Shown: one piece after another, positions 1-12,300 of the stretch
Position numbering within the stretch: the stretch's first letter is position 1
Layout of the letters: every line of letters starts with the position of its first letter
Source of the DNA: Centroscyllium fabricii
Taxonomy: Eukaryota
DNA length: 64,000 nt
NCBI GenBank assembly: GCA_051313645.2
Contig: JBNRSN020000010.1
Coordinates: forward strand, 2,232,001-2,296,000
Reading direction: 5' to 3'
Position numbers and translations under genes: made by a program
Notes under the pieces: model-generated
Database searches by the model: none
Told to the model about the DNA's origin: nothing
What the model saw: only the letters and a program-made list of their open reading frames with translations

Positions 1-2
1 AC

Positions 3-1670
3 GCCTCTGACCATGCGGTCGGGGCCGTATTTGAGCAGTGGACCGGCAACTCGTGGCAGCCCCTGGCCTTTTTCAGCCGGCAACTCCGGCCCCCAGAGGT
101 TAAATACAGCGCCTTCGATAGGGAGCTACTCGCTCTCCATCTGGAAGTGCGACACTTTCGTTTCGTCTTGGAGGGCCGCCACTTCACAGCCTTCAGCGAC
201 CATAAGCCACTCACGTTTGCGATGGCTAAGGTCGCCGAACCCTGGTCGGCCAGGCAGCAGCGCCAACTCGCGGCCGTGTCGGAATTTACAACCGACATCC
301 AGCACATTTCCGGCCGCGACAACGTTGTCGCTGACTGCCTCTCACGCCTCACCATTAACGCCGCCCAAATGGCGGTCGATTACGCCCAGCTGGCCGCGGA
401 CCAGCTGGCCGACCCCGACCTGCTCAACGCAGCAGCTAATCTCCCCGGCCTCCACTTGGTCAATATCGCGCACGGCCCCGCTGCCACCGTCGTCTGCTGC
501 GACGTATCCTTGCCGCAACCCAGGCCAGTCGTACCCCACGCTTGGAGGCGACACATGTTTAGGACCCTCCATGAACTGTCCCACCCCGGCGCCCGCGCGT
601 CCATCAAATTAATCTCGGCCCGATTCATATGGCGCGGCCTGCGCAAGGACGTCTGCGCCTGGGCCAGCTCCTGCATAGCCTGCCAGCGCTCCAAAGTGCA
701 TAAGCACATCAGGGCACTGCTGGAAACTTTTAAAGTGCCGGCCAGACGCTTTGACCATGTCCATATCGAACTCGTCGTGCCACTACCGCCATCCCGGGGC
801 CACACGCACCTAATGACCATGGTCGACCGCAACACTCGCTGGCCAGAAGCAGTCCCCCTCACTGCCACCGGCACCACGGACTTGGCCAGGGCGTTCATCG
901 CCACCTGGGTCGCCCGCTTCGGCGTGCCCACAGACATCACCTCTGACAGAGGACCCCAGTTTACATCGGCATTATGGGCGGCCATCGCCCGCGACCTTGG
1001 GGTGACACTACACCGAACCACCGCATACCACCCACAGGCGAACAGCCTATGCGAACGGTTCCACCGCTCAATGAAGGCATCAGTATGAGCCACACTAAAG
1101 GACGCATCGTGGACCGACCGCCTTCAATGGGTTCTTCTCGGGCTGCGCTTGGCAGTCAAGGAAGACCTAAATGCCTCGGCAGCAGAGCTCGTCTATGGCC
1201 AAACTTTAACGGTGCCGGGCGAGTTCCTAGCTGAGCCCAACGCCCCCTGGTCAGCCGACCAGTATTTAGAAGACTTTGCCAACCCGGCACGAGCTTTCCA
1301 GCCACTTCCAGTGGCCCGGCACGGAGAGCCGGCAGCTCGGGTGCCGGACGACATTAAAAAAGCTAAATTTGTGTTCGTCCGGCGCGACGGACACCGATCT
1401 CCACTACAGCCACCGTACGATGGCCCCTACAGAGTGCTTCGGGCGGGAGCTAAAGCTTTTGAATTACAAATGGGCAACAGGACTGACACTGTGACAATAG
1501 ACCGGCTCAAGCCAGCGCACGTTATAGCGGGTGAGACAACAGTCCCCGCACAACCACCACAACGCGGTCGCCCTCCCGCAACAAAACACGCCCACACTCC
1601 ACCGCAAAACCAGGAGCAACAGACAACATGGTCCGGCCGCATCATCCGGCCACTCCAAAGGCACACATAG
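3..1670 (+). pseudogene. pol: Gypsy pol C-terminus (RNase H, HHCC zinc domain, integrase core, GPY/F module) with one premature stop
   Basis: Frame 3 reads ASDHAVGAV...YSAFDRELLA...SDHKPL...NVVADCLSR (RNase H), HELSHPG...CIACQ (HHCC), ITSDRGPQF and YHPQANSLCERF (rve), PYDGPYRV. ORFs 147-1088 and 1149-1670 share a frame and are split only by TGA at 1086-1088 (likely CGA>TGA). The first catalytic D position reads E (HIELV). Confidence 0.93.
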
Positions 1671-1712
1671 ACTCGGTCACTATTCCTCCCGGACGGATTC
1701 TGGGGGGAGGTG

Positions 1713-1955
1713 TGTGGCGGCACGCCCACTGAGACATCGAATCCGCCATGGGAACTCCGCGGAGCAAAGCCCCGCTCATCCGGGTGACGCGATGACGTCA
1801 CCACGTCGGCCGACGCGATGATGTCACCAACACGGACTGTTTAAATACGCTTGCTGCGAGTGGTTCACGCTCTTTCTTGTTTTGCTTAGTTTATTAAAGC
1901 TGCATTTTCTCTAGCTCTGGCTCACGTGTGGTTCCTAGGCCCTGCCAGCGCTACA
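1713..1955 (+). promoter_or_regulatory. 3' LTR (243 bp) of the Gypsy element
   Basis: Follows the PPT; TG...CA with a 6/7 inverted terminal match; CRE TGACGTCA 1793-1800, TATA-like TTTAAATA 1840-1847, ATTAAA 1893-1898. Confidence 0.88.
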
Positions 1956-2174
1956 GTACACACACTATATCCATCTATATTCTACATCCTTGTTAATGAC
2001 CAATATAAGAATATGCATGTAAAATTATTAAATAGAATAAGCTAGTTTTTATAATATTGAACAAAGTACTTGAAGGTTTGTTAGTTTAAAACAGTTCAGA
2101 AAGACACACAGAAGGACCAGACAGGCTTTTCAGTATGGCAGGGCCAAGTGCGAGAAAGGACATTCCATCGCTGC
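1956..2174. repeat. Copy of an unidentified dispersed module (others start near 26133, 27790, 29128)
   Basis: Shares CCTTGTTAATGACCAATATA and TTTGTTAGTTTAAAACA...GAAAGGA..TT..ATC blocks with the other copies. Confidence 0.8.
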
Positions 2175-2403
2175 TGATGTGACAAAAGCGATTTACACAT
2201 CAAATACTTTAAGCAAAGCTTTAATCAGCTATTTACAGAGTTGAGAGTTTTAACATATTTACATGGAGAAGCATTATCTCAGACTGAATAGCAGCAGAAT
2301 TTATACTACCACACAGGAAGTGACGTGTACAGGAAGTGATGTCACTGGAAGTTCATAAGCAGAGTTCATCCGACTTCCTGCCGGAAGTCTCAATATCATT
2401 ACA
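2175..2403 (-). mobile_element. Solo LTR (229 bp) with 5-bp TSD GCTGC
   Basis: GCTGC at 2170-2174 and 2404-2408; minus-strand TGTAAT...CATCA, TATAAA (2300-2305), ATTAAA (2220-2225); paralogous modules near 26335 and 28080 lack it. Confidence 0.85.
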
Positions 2404-2414
2404 GCTGCGTTGTC

Positions 2415-3375
2415 AGGAAAAATAATAGAGTGAGTTATTATCTAAATGGAAAGAAACTGGAAAGTACTTCAGTGCAAAGGGATCTGGGGGTCCTGGTGCA
2501 GGAAACACAAAATGTTAGTATGCAGGTGCAGCAGGTGGTCAGGAAGGCCAACGGAATGCTGGCTTTTATTGATAAGGGGATGGACTATAAAAGCAGGGAG
2601 GTCTTGCTGCAGTTGTACAGGTTATTGGTGAGAGCACACCTGGAGTACTGTGTGCAGTTCTGGTATCCATATTTAAGAAAGGACATACTTACTCTCGAGG
2701 CAGTGCAATGAAGATTCACTAGGTTAATTCCAGGGATGAGGGGGCTGACATATGAGGAGAGGTTGAGTAGATTGGGACTCTACTCATTGGAGTTCAGAAG
2801 AATGAGAGGTGATCTTATTGAAACATATAAGATTGAGAGAGGGCTTAATCGGGTGGATGCAGCGAGGATGTTCACAATGGTGGGTGAAAGTAGGACAAGG
2901 GGGAATAATCTTTAAATAAGGGGCTGCCATTTCAAAACTGAGATGAGGAGAAACTCCTTCACTCAGAGGGTGGTGGGGCTGTGGAAGTTGCTGCCCCAGA
3001 GAGCTGTGGAAGCTACTATATTGAATAAATTTAAAACAGATACAGTTTGCTGGAAGTAAAGGGAATTAGGCGTTATGGTGAGTGGGCAGATAAGTGGGCA
3101 TGAGGCTAGGTTCAGATCAGCCATGTCATCTCCTGGAGCAGTTTTCTATCGCCTAGATGGGTCACAGAGGAATTTCCCAGAATTTGTTCTCCCAAATTGG
3201 CCACTGGGTTTTTTATCTGTTTTTTCACATCTCCCGGGTGATCACATGGGTTTGGGCAGGATGGAAAGTAAAAATAAAATTGAGGTTAGGATCAGATCAG
3301 CCATGATCTTGTTGAATGGCGGAGCAGGCTCGAGGGGCCGATGGGCCGACTCCTGCTACTATTTCTTATGTTCTT
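2415..3375 (+). mobile_element. 5'-truncated CR1 LINE (ORF2 C-terminus plus 3' UTR)
   Basis: QRDLGVLV...HLEYCVQFW...LEAVQ translation; CR1 3' end GATCAGCCATGATCTTGTTGAATGGCGGAGCAGGCTCG and TTCTTATGTTCTT tail. Confidence 0.93.
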
Positions 3376-3698
3376 TTACACTGAAAAAATTCAGTGCATT
3401 AATTTTACAAAAGGGATATAATTATACATGGAACCCAGTCACAGCCGTAACTGTAAAGCAGGAAATCATATATACACTGAACAGAGTCAGTACAGTAACT
3501 GTACAGCAGGAACACATCTATACTGAAAATATTCAGTGCAGTAACTGTACAGCAGGAACAAACATATATGCTGAAAAGATTCAGTGCAGCAACCATACAG
3601 CAGGAAGACATATATACTCTGAATAGAGTTAGTACAGTAACTGTACAGCAGGAAAACATATATACACTGAACAGAGTCATTACAATAAATGTAGAGTA

Positions 3699-5874
3699 CA
3701 TAGAACATAGAACATAGAACATACAGCACTGTACAGGCCCTTGGGCCCTCAATGTAGTGCCGCCCTTAGTCCATCTCTGATTTTTCCCTTCCCCCCTACT
3801 GTTCCTTCCCCTCCATGTACCTGTCTATCATCCTTTTAAAAGCACCCAGACTGTCCGCATCCACTATTTCAGATGGTAGCCTATTCCATTCCCCTACCAC
3901 TCTCTGTGTAAAGAACCTGCCCCTGCCATCCCTTCTGAATCTTCCTCCTTGAATCTTGTGCTCGTGTCCTCTTGTTGACGTTCTTCCCGCCCGGGGAAAC
4001 AGTCTTTGCACGTTTACTCTATCGATCCCCTTCATCATTTTAAACATCTCTATCAAGTCCCCTCTCTTCCTTCTCCGTTCCAGGGAGAAGAGTCCCAGCT
4101 CCCTCAACCTCTCCTCGTATGACCTTCCTCCCATTCCCGGCAGCATCCTGGTGAATCTCCTCTGCACCCTCTCCAGCGCCTCCACGTCTCTCCTGTAGTA
4201 CGGTGCCCAGAACTGCACACAGTACTCCAAGTGTGGTCTCACCAGTGACCTGTACAGCTGTAGCATGACCTCCCGGTTCCTAAACTCTATTCCCCTGTTG
4301 ATGAAGGCCAATACCCCATAGGCCTTTTTCACTGCTTTGTCCACCTGGGTGGCAGCCTTCAGTGATCTGTGTACATATACTCCCAGATCCCTTTGCTCCT
4401 CTGCTTCACTCAGGATTCTGCCATTGACCCTATATTCCCTCTTCCTATTTGCCCTGCCGAAGTGCATCACCTCGCATTTCCCCGTGTTGAACTCCATCTG
4501 CCATTCTTCAGCCCAGCTCTGCATCCTGTCTATATCCCTCTGAATCTTTCTACCTCCTTCCTCCTCATCCACTTCTCCCCCTATCTTTGTGTCGTCCGCA
4601 AACTTGCTGACCCACCCCTCAGTCCCCTCCTCCAAGTCATTGATGAAGATTACAAACAGTAGTGGCCCCAACACCGACCCCTGTGGTACCCCACTGGTGA
4701 CCGGTCTCCAGCCCGAGTATTGGCCATCTACCACTACCCTCTGCTTCCTTTGAGCCAGCCAGTTCTCAATCCATCCCACCACTTTGTTGCTTACCCCGCA
4801 TCTCCTTACTTTCCTCATAAGTCGATCGTGCGGGACCTTGTCGAACGCCTTGCTGAAGTCCATATATATGACATCAACCGCCTTTCCCTCATCCACACTC
4901 CTGGTCACCTCTTCAAAGAATTCTATCAGGTTGGTCAGGCACGATTTGCCCTTAACGAATCCGTGCTGACTGCTTCTGATTAATTCGCCCCTGTCTAGAT
5001 GGTCGTAGATCCTGTCCTTCAGGACCTTTTCCATCACCTTTCCGACCACTGAGGTGAGACTGACTGGTCTGTAGTTCCCTGGCGCGTCCCTGCTCCCCTT
5101 TTTAAATATGGGAGCCACATTCGCCTCTCTCCAGTCCTTAGGGACTATCCCCGAGGATAGCGATGATCTAAAGATAGAGGTCAGTGGCTCTGCGATTTCT
5201 TTCCTCGCCTCCCAGAGAATCCTTGGATAAATCCCGTCCGGCCCAGGAGATTTGTCTACCTTTAGTTTCTCCAAAATTTCTAATACCTCCCCCCTCTGAA
5301 TATTTACTTCCCCCATCTTTTCCCCTTGTATCTTGAGCTCCCCCTCTGCTTTTAGTTCCCTCTCCTTTGTGAACACGGACGCAAAATATTCATTTAGTGC
5401 TTCCCCAATTTCCTCTGGCTCCGTGCACATTTCTCCGTTGCTGTCTTTGATCGGCCCTACTTTTACCCTAGTCATCCTTTTATTTCTTACATAAGCATAG
5501 AAAGCCTTGGGGTTCTCCTTTATCCTTCCCGCTAATGCCTTCTCATGCCCACCCTTTGCCTTCCTTAGCCCATTCTTCAGTTTTTTCCTTGCTTCTTTGT
5601 ACTCCCTTCCCGCCCCCTCTGTACTCTGTTTTCTCATTTTATCATATGCTTCCTTCTTCCTTTTTACTAATTGTTCTACCTCTTTCGTGATCCATGGTTC
5701 TCTCATCTTACCCTTTCTTCCCATCCTACTCGGGACATGCTTGTCCAGGGCTTTCATAATTTGCTCCCTGAACACTCTCCACTTTTCTTCCGTTCCTCTT
5801 CCCTCAAGTTCCCGTTCCCAATTGGTGTTACCTAAATCGTGCCTAACCCTGTCGTAATTTCCCCTCCCCCAGCT
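3699..5874 (-). mobile_element. Young 5'-truncated CR1 LINE inserted in the satellite
   Basis: (TTCTATG)n tail at 3699-3722; GTA on both sides (3696-3698, 5875-5877); excision restores the satellite string seen at about 6478-6520. Confidence 0.96.
3796..5874 (-). CDS. CR1 ORF2 fragment (linker, complete reverse transcriptase, C-terminus), about 690 codons with no stop; no endonuclease and no native start
   Basis: KSPGPDG, NYRPVSLTS, QHGF, YMDFSKAFDKVPH, GVPQGSVLGPLLF, KFADD, HLEYCVQFW. The first ~67 aa of the 759-aa track ORF are satellite read-through. Confidence 0.9.
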   Translation of the reverse strand, partial: SWGRGNYDRVRHDLGNTNWERELEGRGTEEKWRVFREQIMKALDKHVPSRMGRKGKMREPWITKEVEQLVKRKKEAYDKMRKQSTEGAGREYKEARKKLKNGLRKAKGGHEKALAGRIKENPKAFYAYVRNKRMTRVKVGPIKDSNGEMCTEPEEIGEALNEYFASVFTKERELKAEGELKIQGEKMGEVNIQRGEVLEILEKLKVDKSPGPDGIYPRILWEARKEIAEPLTSIFRSSLSSGIVPKDWREANVAPIFKKGSRDAPGNYRPVSLTSVVGKVMEKVLKDRIYDHLDRGELIRSSQHGFVKGKSCLTNLIEFFEEVTRSVDEGKAVDVIYMDFSKAFDKVPHDRLMRKVRRCGVSNKVVGWIENWLAQRKQRVVVDGQYSGWRPVTSGVPQGSVLGPLLFVIFINDLEEGTEGWVSKFADDTKIGGEVDEEEGGRKIQRDIDRMQSWAEEWQMEFNTGKCEVMHFGRANRKREYRVNGRILSEAEEQRDLGVYVHRSLKAATQVDKAVKKAYGVLAFINRGIEFRNREVMLQLYRSLVRPHLEYCVQFWAPYYRRDVEALERVQRRFTRMLPGMGGRSYEERLRELGLFSLERRRKRGDLIEMFKMMKGIDRVNVQRLFPRAGRTSTRGHEHKIQGGRFRRDGRGRFFTQRVVGEWNRLPSEIVDADSLGAFKRMIDRYMEGKEQ

Positions 5875-7302
5875 GTAGGAATATAAATATACACTGTACA
5901 GTGTCAGTACAATAACGGTATATAAATATACACAGAACATAATCGTTGCATTAATTGTAAAGCAGGGATACATATATACACTGAACAAAGTCAGTGCATT
6001 AATTGTACAAAAGGCATATAAATATACATGGAACATAGTCACTGCTGTAACTGCATTGCAACAAATCATATACACTGAACTGAGTCAGTGCAGTAACCAT
6101 ACAGCAGGAATACATATATACTCTGAATAGAGTTAGTACAGTAACTGTACAGAAGGAATAAATATATATATACACTGAACAGAGTCAGTGCAGTAAATGT
6201 ACAGCAGAAATATAAATATACACTGAACAGTGACAGTGCAGTAACTTTAAAGCAGTAATATATGTATACACTGAACAGATTCAGTGCAATAATTGTACAG
6301 CAGGAACACATATACACTGGAAAATGTCAGTGTAGTAACTTAATGCAGGATACACAATATATACACTGAAAATATTCAGTGCAGTAACCATACAGCAGGA
6401 ATACATATAAACTCTGAATAGAGTCATTACAATAAATGTACATTGGTAATTTAAATATACACTGAACAGAGTCAGTACAATAAATGTAGAGTAGGAATAT
6501 AAATATACACTGTACAGTGTCAATACAATAACAGTATAGCAGCGATATAATTATACACTGAACATAGTCGCTGCATTAATTGTAAAGCACGGATACCGAG
6601 AAACACTGAACAGAGTCATTGCAGTAACTGAACAAAATGAATATAAATATACACAGAAAATATTCGCTGCTATAACTGTAAACCAGGAATACATATATAC
6701 ACTGAACCGAGTCAGTAACGTAACTGTGCAGCAGAAATACTTTTCTACACTGAACAGACTCATCACCGTAACTGTACACAATATAATTATTCATGGAACA
6801 TAAACACTGCGGTAACAGTACACTATGAACAAATATATACACTGAAAAAACTCAGTGTAGCAACCACACAGCAGGAACACATTCTGAATAGAGTTAGTAC
6901 AGTAACTGTACAGCAAGCAAACATATATATGTACACTAAATAGAATCATTACAATAAACGTACATCAGGAATATAAATACACACTGAACAGAGTCATTAC
7001 AATAACTGTACAGCAGGTATATAAAAACAGATCATAGTCACTGCAGTAACTGTAAAGAAGGCAATCATATATACACTGAAAATATTCAGTGCAGTAAACA
7101 TACAGCAGAAATAGATATATATACGGAATAGTGTTAGTACAGTCACTGTGCTACAGGAATACATATATATATATATATAAACGGAATAAAGTCAGTGCAG
7201 TAACTTTACAGCCAGAATATAAATTTTCATGGAACATAAACAGCGCCGTAAATGTACGCTAGGAATACATATATACACTGAAAATATTCAGTACCGTAAC
7301 TG

Positions 7303-9312
7303 TAAAAACAGATAGTAAGAGTTTCTATAGTTATATAAAAAGAAAAAGGGTGGCTAAAGTAAATGTTGGTCCCCTAGAGGATGAGACCGGGAAATTAATG
7401 GTGGGAAATATGGAGATGGCAAAAACACTGAATGAATATTTTGTATCAGTCTTTACACTAGAGGATACTAAGAATATCCTAACACCGGACAGACGGAGGT
7501 CTATAGAGGGGTAGGAGCTAAACACGATCAAAATCACTCAGGAAGTGGTACTCGGTAAATTAATGGGGCTCCAGTTGGATAAATCACCTGGACCCGATGG
7601 CTTACATCCTAGGGTCTTGAGGGAAGTGGTGCTAGGCATTGTAGATGCATTGGTAATAATTTTCCAAAACTCCATGGACTCAGCAAAAGTCCCGGCAGAC
7701 TGGAAAACTGTGAATGCAACACCCTTATTTAAAAAAGGCAGTAGACAGAAGGGCTGGAAATTATAGACCGGTTAGCCTAATGTCTGTTGTGGGTAAAATT
7801 TTGGAGTCCGTTATTAAGGAGACAGTAACAGGACATTTGGATAAACTTAATTTAATAGGACAAAGTCAGCATGATTTTACGAAGGGGACGTCTTGTTTGA
7901 CAAATTTGTTGGAGTTGTTTGAGGAAGTAACATAGGGTGGATAAAGGGGAACCAGTGGGCATAGTATATGCAGACATTGAAAAGGCATTTGACAAGGTGC
8001 CACACAAAAGATTACTGCTTAAAATAAAAAATCACGGAATTGGGGGTAATATTCTGGCATGGATAGAGGATTGGCTATCTAACAGAAGGCAGAGAGTTGG
8101 GATAAATGGATCATTCTCAGACTGGTGATGGATAACTAGTGGTGTTCCACAGGGATCAGTGCAGGTTCCCCAACTCTTTACAATTTATATTAACGATTTG
8201 GAGGAGGGGACCGAGTGTAACATATCAAAGTTTGCAGATGATACTAAGATGGGAGGGAAAGTGGTGAATGAGAAGGACATAAAGAACATGCAGGGGGACA
8301 TAGACAGGCTAAGTAAGTGGGCAGAGATTTGGCAGATGGAGTACAATACAGGAAAGTGTGAGGTTATGCATTTTGGCATGAAAAATCGTAGAGCTGATTA
8401 TTATCTAATGGCAAGAAATGGAAAAGTACTGTAGTACAAAGGGATCTGGGGGTCCTGGTGCACAAAATTCAAAAGGTTAGTATGCAGATGCAGCAAGTAA
8501 TTAAGAAGGCCAATGGAATGTTGGCTTTCATTGCTAGTGGGATAGAAAATAAAAATAGAGGTATTGCTTCAGTTGTACAAGGTATTGTTGAGACCGCACC
8601 AGGAATACTGCATCCAGTTTTGGTGTCCATACTTAAGAAAGGACATACTCACGGACACACTCGCTCTCGAGTCGGTACAAATAAGGTTCACTCGGTTAAT
8701 CCACGGGATGAGGGTTTGGACATATGAGAAGAGGTTGAGTAGATTGGGACTCTACTCATTGGAGTTCAGAAGAATGAGAGGAGATCTTATTGAAACATAA
8801 GATTGTGAAGGGTTTGGATCGGGTGGATGCAGGGAAGATGTTCCCAATGATGGATGAAACTAGAACTAGGGGGCATAAACTTAGACTAAGGGGCTGCTCT
8901 TTCAAAACTGAGATGAGGAGAAACTACTTCACTCAGAGGGTGGTAGGTCCATGGAACATGCTGCCACAAAAAGCTGTAGAAGCTACTTCATTACATAAAT
9001 TTAAAACAGAAATAGACAGTTTCCCAGTAGTAAAAGGGATTAAAGGTTACGGGGAGCGGGCAGAAATTTGGACATGAGTCTAGCTTCAGATCAGTCTTGA
9101 CCATGTGGGTAGTGGAGCGGGCCCAGGGACCATGTAGCCTGATCCTGCTCCTATTTTGTGTGTCGAATTCTGTTAGATGCAGGAGATGCTTCTGTGATAG
9201 TAGGTTGGTTGTTAGGATCAGTTCAGCCATGATCTTATTGCATGGCGGGGCGGGCTCGAAGGGCGGATTGGCCTACTCCTGCTCCTATTTCTTATGTTCT
9301 TTTGTTCTTATG
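7303..9312 (+). mobile_element. Decayed 5'-truncated CR1 LINE (copy A of a duplicated pair)
   Basis: Fragmented RT ORFs (KSPGPDGLHPRVL, NYRPVSL, KAFDKVPH, KFADD) with frameshifts and stops; TTCTTATG tail. Confidence 0.95.
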
Positions 9313-12300
9313 GATACACATATACACTGGACAGAGTCAGTACATTAAATGCACAGTAGGAATACATGTATACTGGGGAAACGTGTTAGTGCAGTAAATG
9401 TACACTTGGAATTTATATATATATATATATATACACACACTGAACAGAGTCAGTACAATAACTGTACAGAAGGAATATAAATATACACGGAACATAGTCA
9501 CAGCATTAACTGGAAAGCAGAGATATAAATATACACTGAACAGTCAGTGCAGCAACTATACAGCAGGAATTCCTATATACACTGAATAGATTTAGTACAG
9601 TAACTGTACAGCAGGAATAATATATATACACTGAATAGAGTCATTACAATAACTGCACAGTAGGAAAACATATATTAGCTGAATAGAGTCAATGCAATAA
9701 TGGGCAAAATGGATATAAATATACACGGAATATAGTCACTGCCATAACTGTAAAGCAAACAACATATATACACTGAACAGAGTCAGTGCAGTAACTGTAC
9801 AAAAGTATTATAAATATACAGGGAACATATTCGCTGCAGTAACCTTACAGCAGGAATACATATATATTCTGAATAGAGTTAGTACAATAACTGTACAGAA
9901 GAAATATAAATATACAAGTAACATAATTACTGCAGTAACTAAAGAAATAATACATATATACACGGAGCAGTCACTACAGTAACTGTAAATCAGCAATGCA
10001 TATACACACTGAATAGAGTCAGGCCAGCAACTGAACAGCAGGAAGACATATATACATGGAACAGAGTCAGTGCATTAATGGACAAAATGGATATAAATAT
10101 ACACGTAATGTAGTCACTGCCATAACTGTAAAGCAGGGATACATATAAACAGACAGAGTCAGTGCAGTAACTGTACTGGAGGGTTAGAAATGTACGTTGA
10201 GCAGAGTTGCTACAGTCACTGTAAAGCAGGAATACATATATTCACTGAAAACATTCAGTGCAGTAACCAAACAGCAGGAAGATATATATATTCTGAATAG
10301 AGTTAATACAGTAACTGTACAGCAGGAAAACTTATATATACACACACTAAATAGAATCATTACAATAAATGTACATTAGGAATATAAATATACACTGAAC
10401 AGAGACAATACAGTAACTGTACAGCAGGAACACATATATATTCTGAATAGATTTAGTACAGTCACTGTACTACAGCAATACATATATACACACAGTATAG
10501 AGTCAGTACAGTAACTGTACAGCAGGAATATAAATATACACTGAAACGATTCAGTGCTGCAACCACACAGCAGGAAGGCATATATATTCTAAATAGATTT
10601 ATTACAGTAACTGTACAGTATCAACACATACACTGAACAGAGTGGTAAAGTAACTGTACAGTATGAACACATAAACTGAACAGTCAGGACAATAACTGTA
10701 CAGCAGGAATATGTATATATATATATATATATATGGATCATAGTCGCTGCAGTTACTGCATAGCAGGAACACAGATACACTGAAAAGAGACAATACAGTA
10801 ACTGTACAGTAGGAAGACATATACACACTGAACAGAGTCAGTGCATTACTTGTACAAAAGGGATAGAAATATACACGGAACATAGTCACTGCCATAACAT
10901 TAAAGCAGGAAATCACATACATACTGAATAGAGTTAGGACAGTAACTGTACAGCATAAGTACATATATACACTGAACAGAGTCATTACAATAAATGTACA
11001 TTATTAATATAAATACACAATGAACATACTCAATATAATAAATGTAGAGTAGGAACATAAATATACACTGAACAGTGTCAGTACATTAATTGTACAAAAG
11101 GGATATAAATATACACGGAACCGAGTCACTGCTGTAAAAGTATTGCAGGAAACCATGTATACACTGACCTGAGTCAGTACAGTAACTGTACAGCAGGAAC
11201 ACATACACTGAAAAGATTCAGTGCATTAAATGTACAGTAGGTATACATATATACTCTGAATAAAACCAGTGCAGTAACAAAGCAGAAACACAGATATGCA
11301 CTGAAAATATTCAGTGAACTAACCATACAGCAGGAACACATACACTGAACAGAGTCAGTGAAGTAACTGTGCAGCAGGAATACAAATGTACACAAAGCAG
11401 AGTCGCTACAGTAACTGTAAAGCAGGAAATCATATACACACTGAAAACATTCAGTGCAGTAACCAAACAGCAGGAAGACATATATATTCTGAATAGAGTT
11501 AATACAGTAACTGTACAGCAGGAACAAATATACATAAACTGAATATAGTACCGTTACTGTGCAGTAGGAATACATATATATATATATACTGAACAGAGTC
11601 AGTGGATTAACTGTACAAAAGGAATATAAATATACACAGAACATATTCACTGCTGTAAATGTAAAACAGGAATACCTATATACACTGAACCGAGTCAGTA
11701 CAGTAACTGAACAGCAGAAATACTTATCTACCCTGAACAGACTTATTGCCGTAACTGTACGTAATATAAATATTCATGGAACATAAACGCTGCATTAACT
11801 ATACACTAGGAATACATATATATAGTGAAAAAATCATTGTATCAACCATACAGCAGGAAGACATATATTCTGAATAGAGTTAGTACAGTAACTGTACAGC
11901 AGGAAAACTATTATATATACACTAAATAGAATCATTACAATAACTGTACAGCAGGAATATAAATATACACATATCATAGTCACTGCATTAACTGTAAAGC
12001 AGGATATCATATATACACTGAACAGAGTCAAAACAGTGACTCTACAGCAGGAACACATATATACTCAGAATAATGTCAGTACAATAACTTTACAGGATGA
12101 ATACATATATACACTGAACAGAGTCAGTTAAGTTACTGTACAAGAGGAATATAAATATTCATGGGACCTAAACACTGCGGTAATTGTAGATTAGGAATAC
12201 ATACATACACTGAACAGAGTCAGTGCAGTAATTGAACAGCAGGAACACAAATATACACTGTATATAATCATTACAATAAATGTACATTAGTAATATAAAT

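Larger units (their letters stand above)
1..1955 (+). mobile_element. 3' part of a Ty3/Gypsy LTR retrotransposon (RNase H, integrase, PPT, 3' LTR); 5' part lies upstream of the window
   Basis: pol domains in frame 3, purine tract GGGGGGAGG at 1702-1710, LTR 1713-1955 with termini TGTGGCG...CGCTACA. Confidence 0.95.

Noticed and set aside
13-1821. Overlapping alternative-frame and antisense ORFs (13-612, 380-1093, 1427-1804)
   Set aside because: Shadows of the GC-rich pol frame with no recognisable motifs.
5875-6075. N-terminal extension of the 759-aa ORF as a satellite-RT fusion protein
   Set aside because: Chance read-through from flanking satellite into a 5'-truncated CR1; no promoter or conservation evidence.
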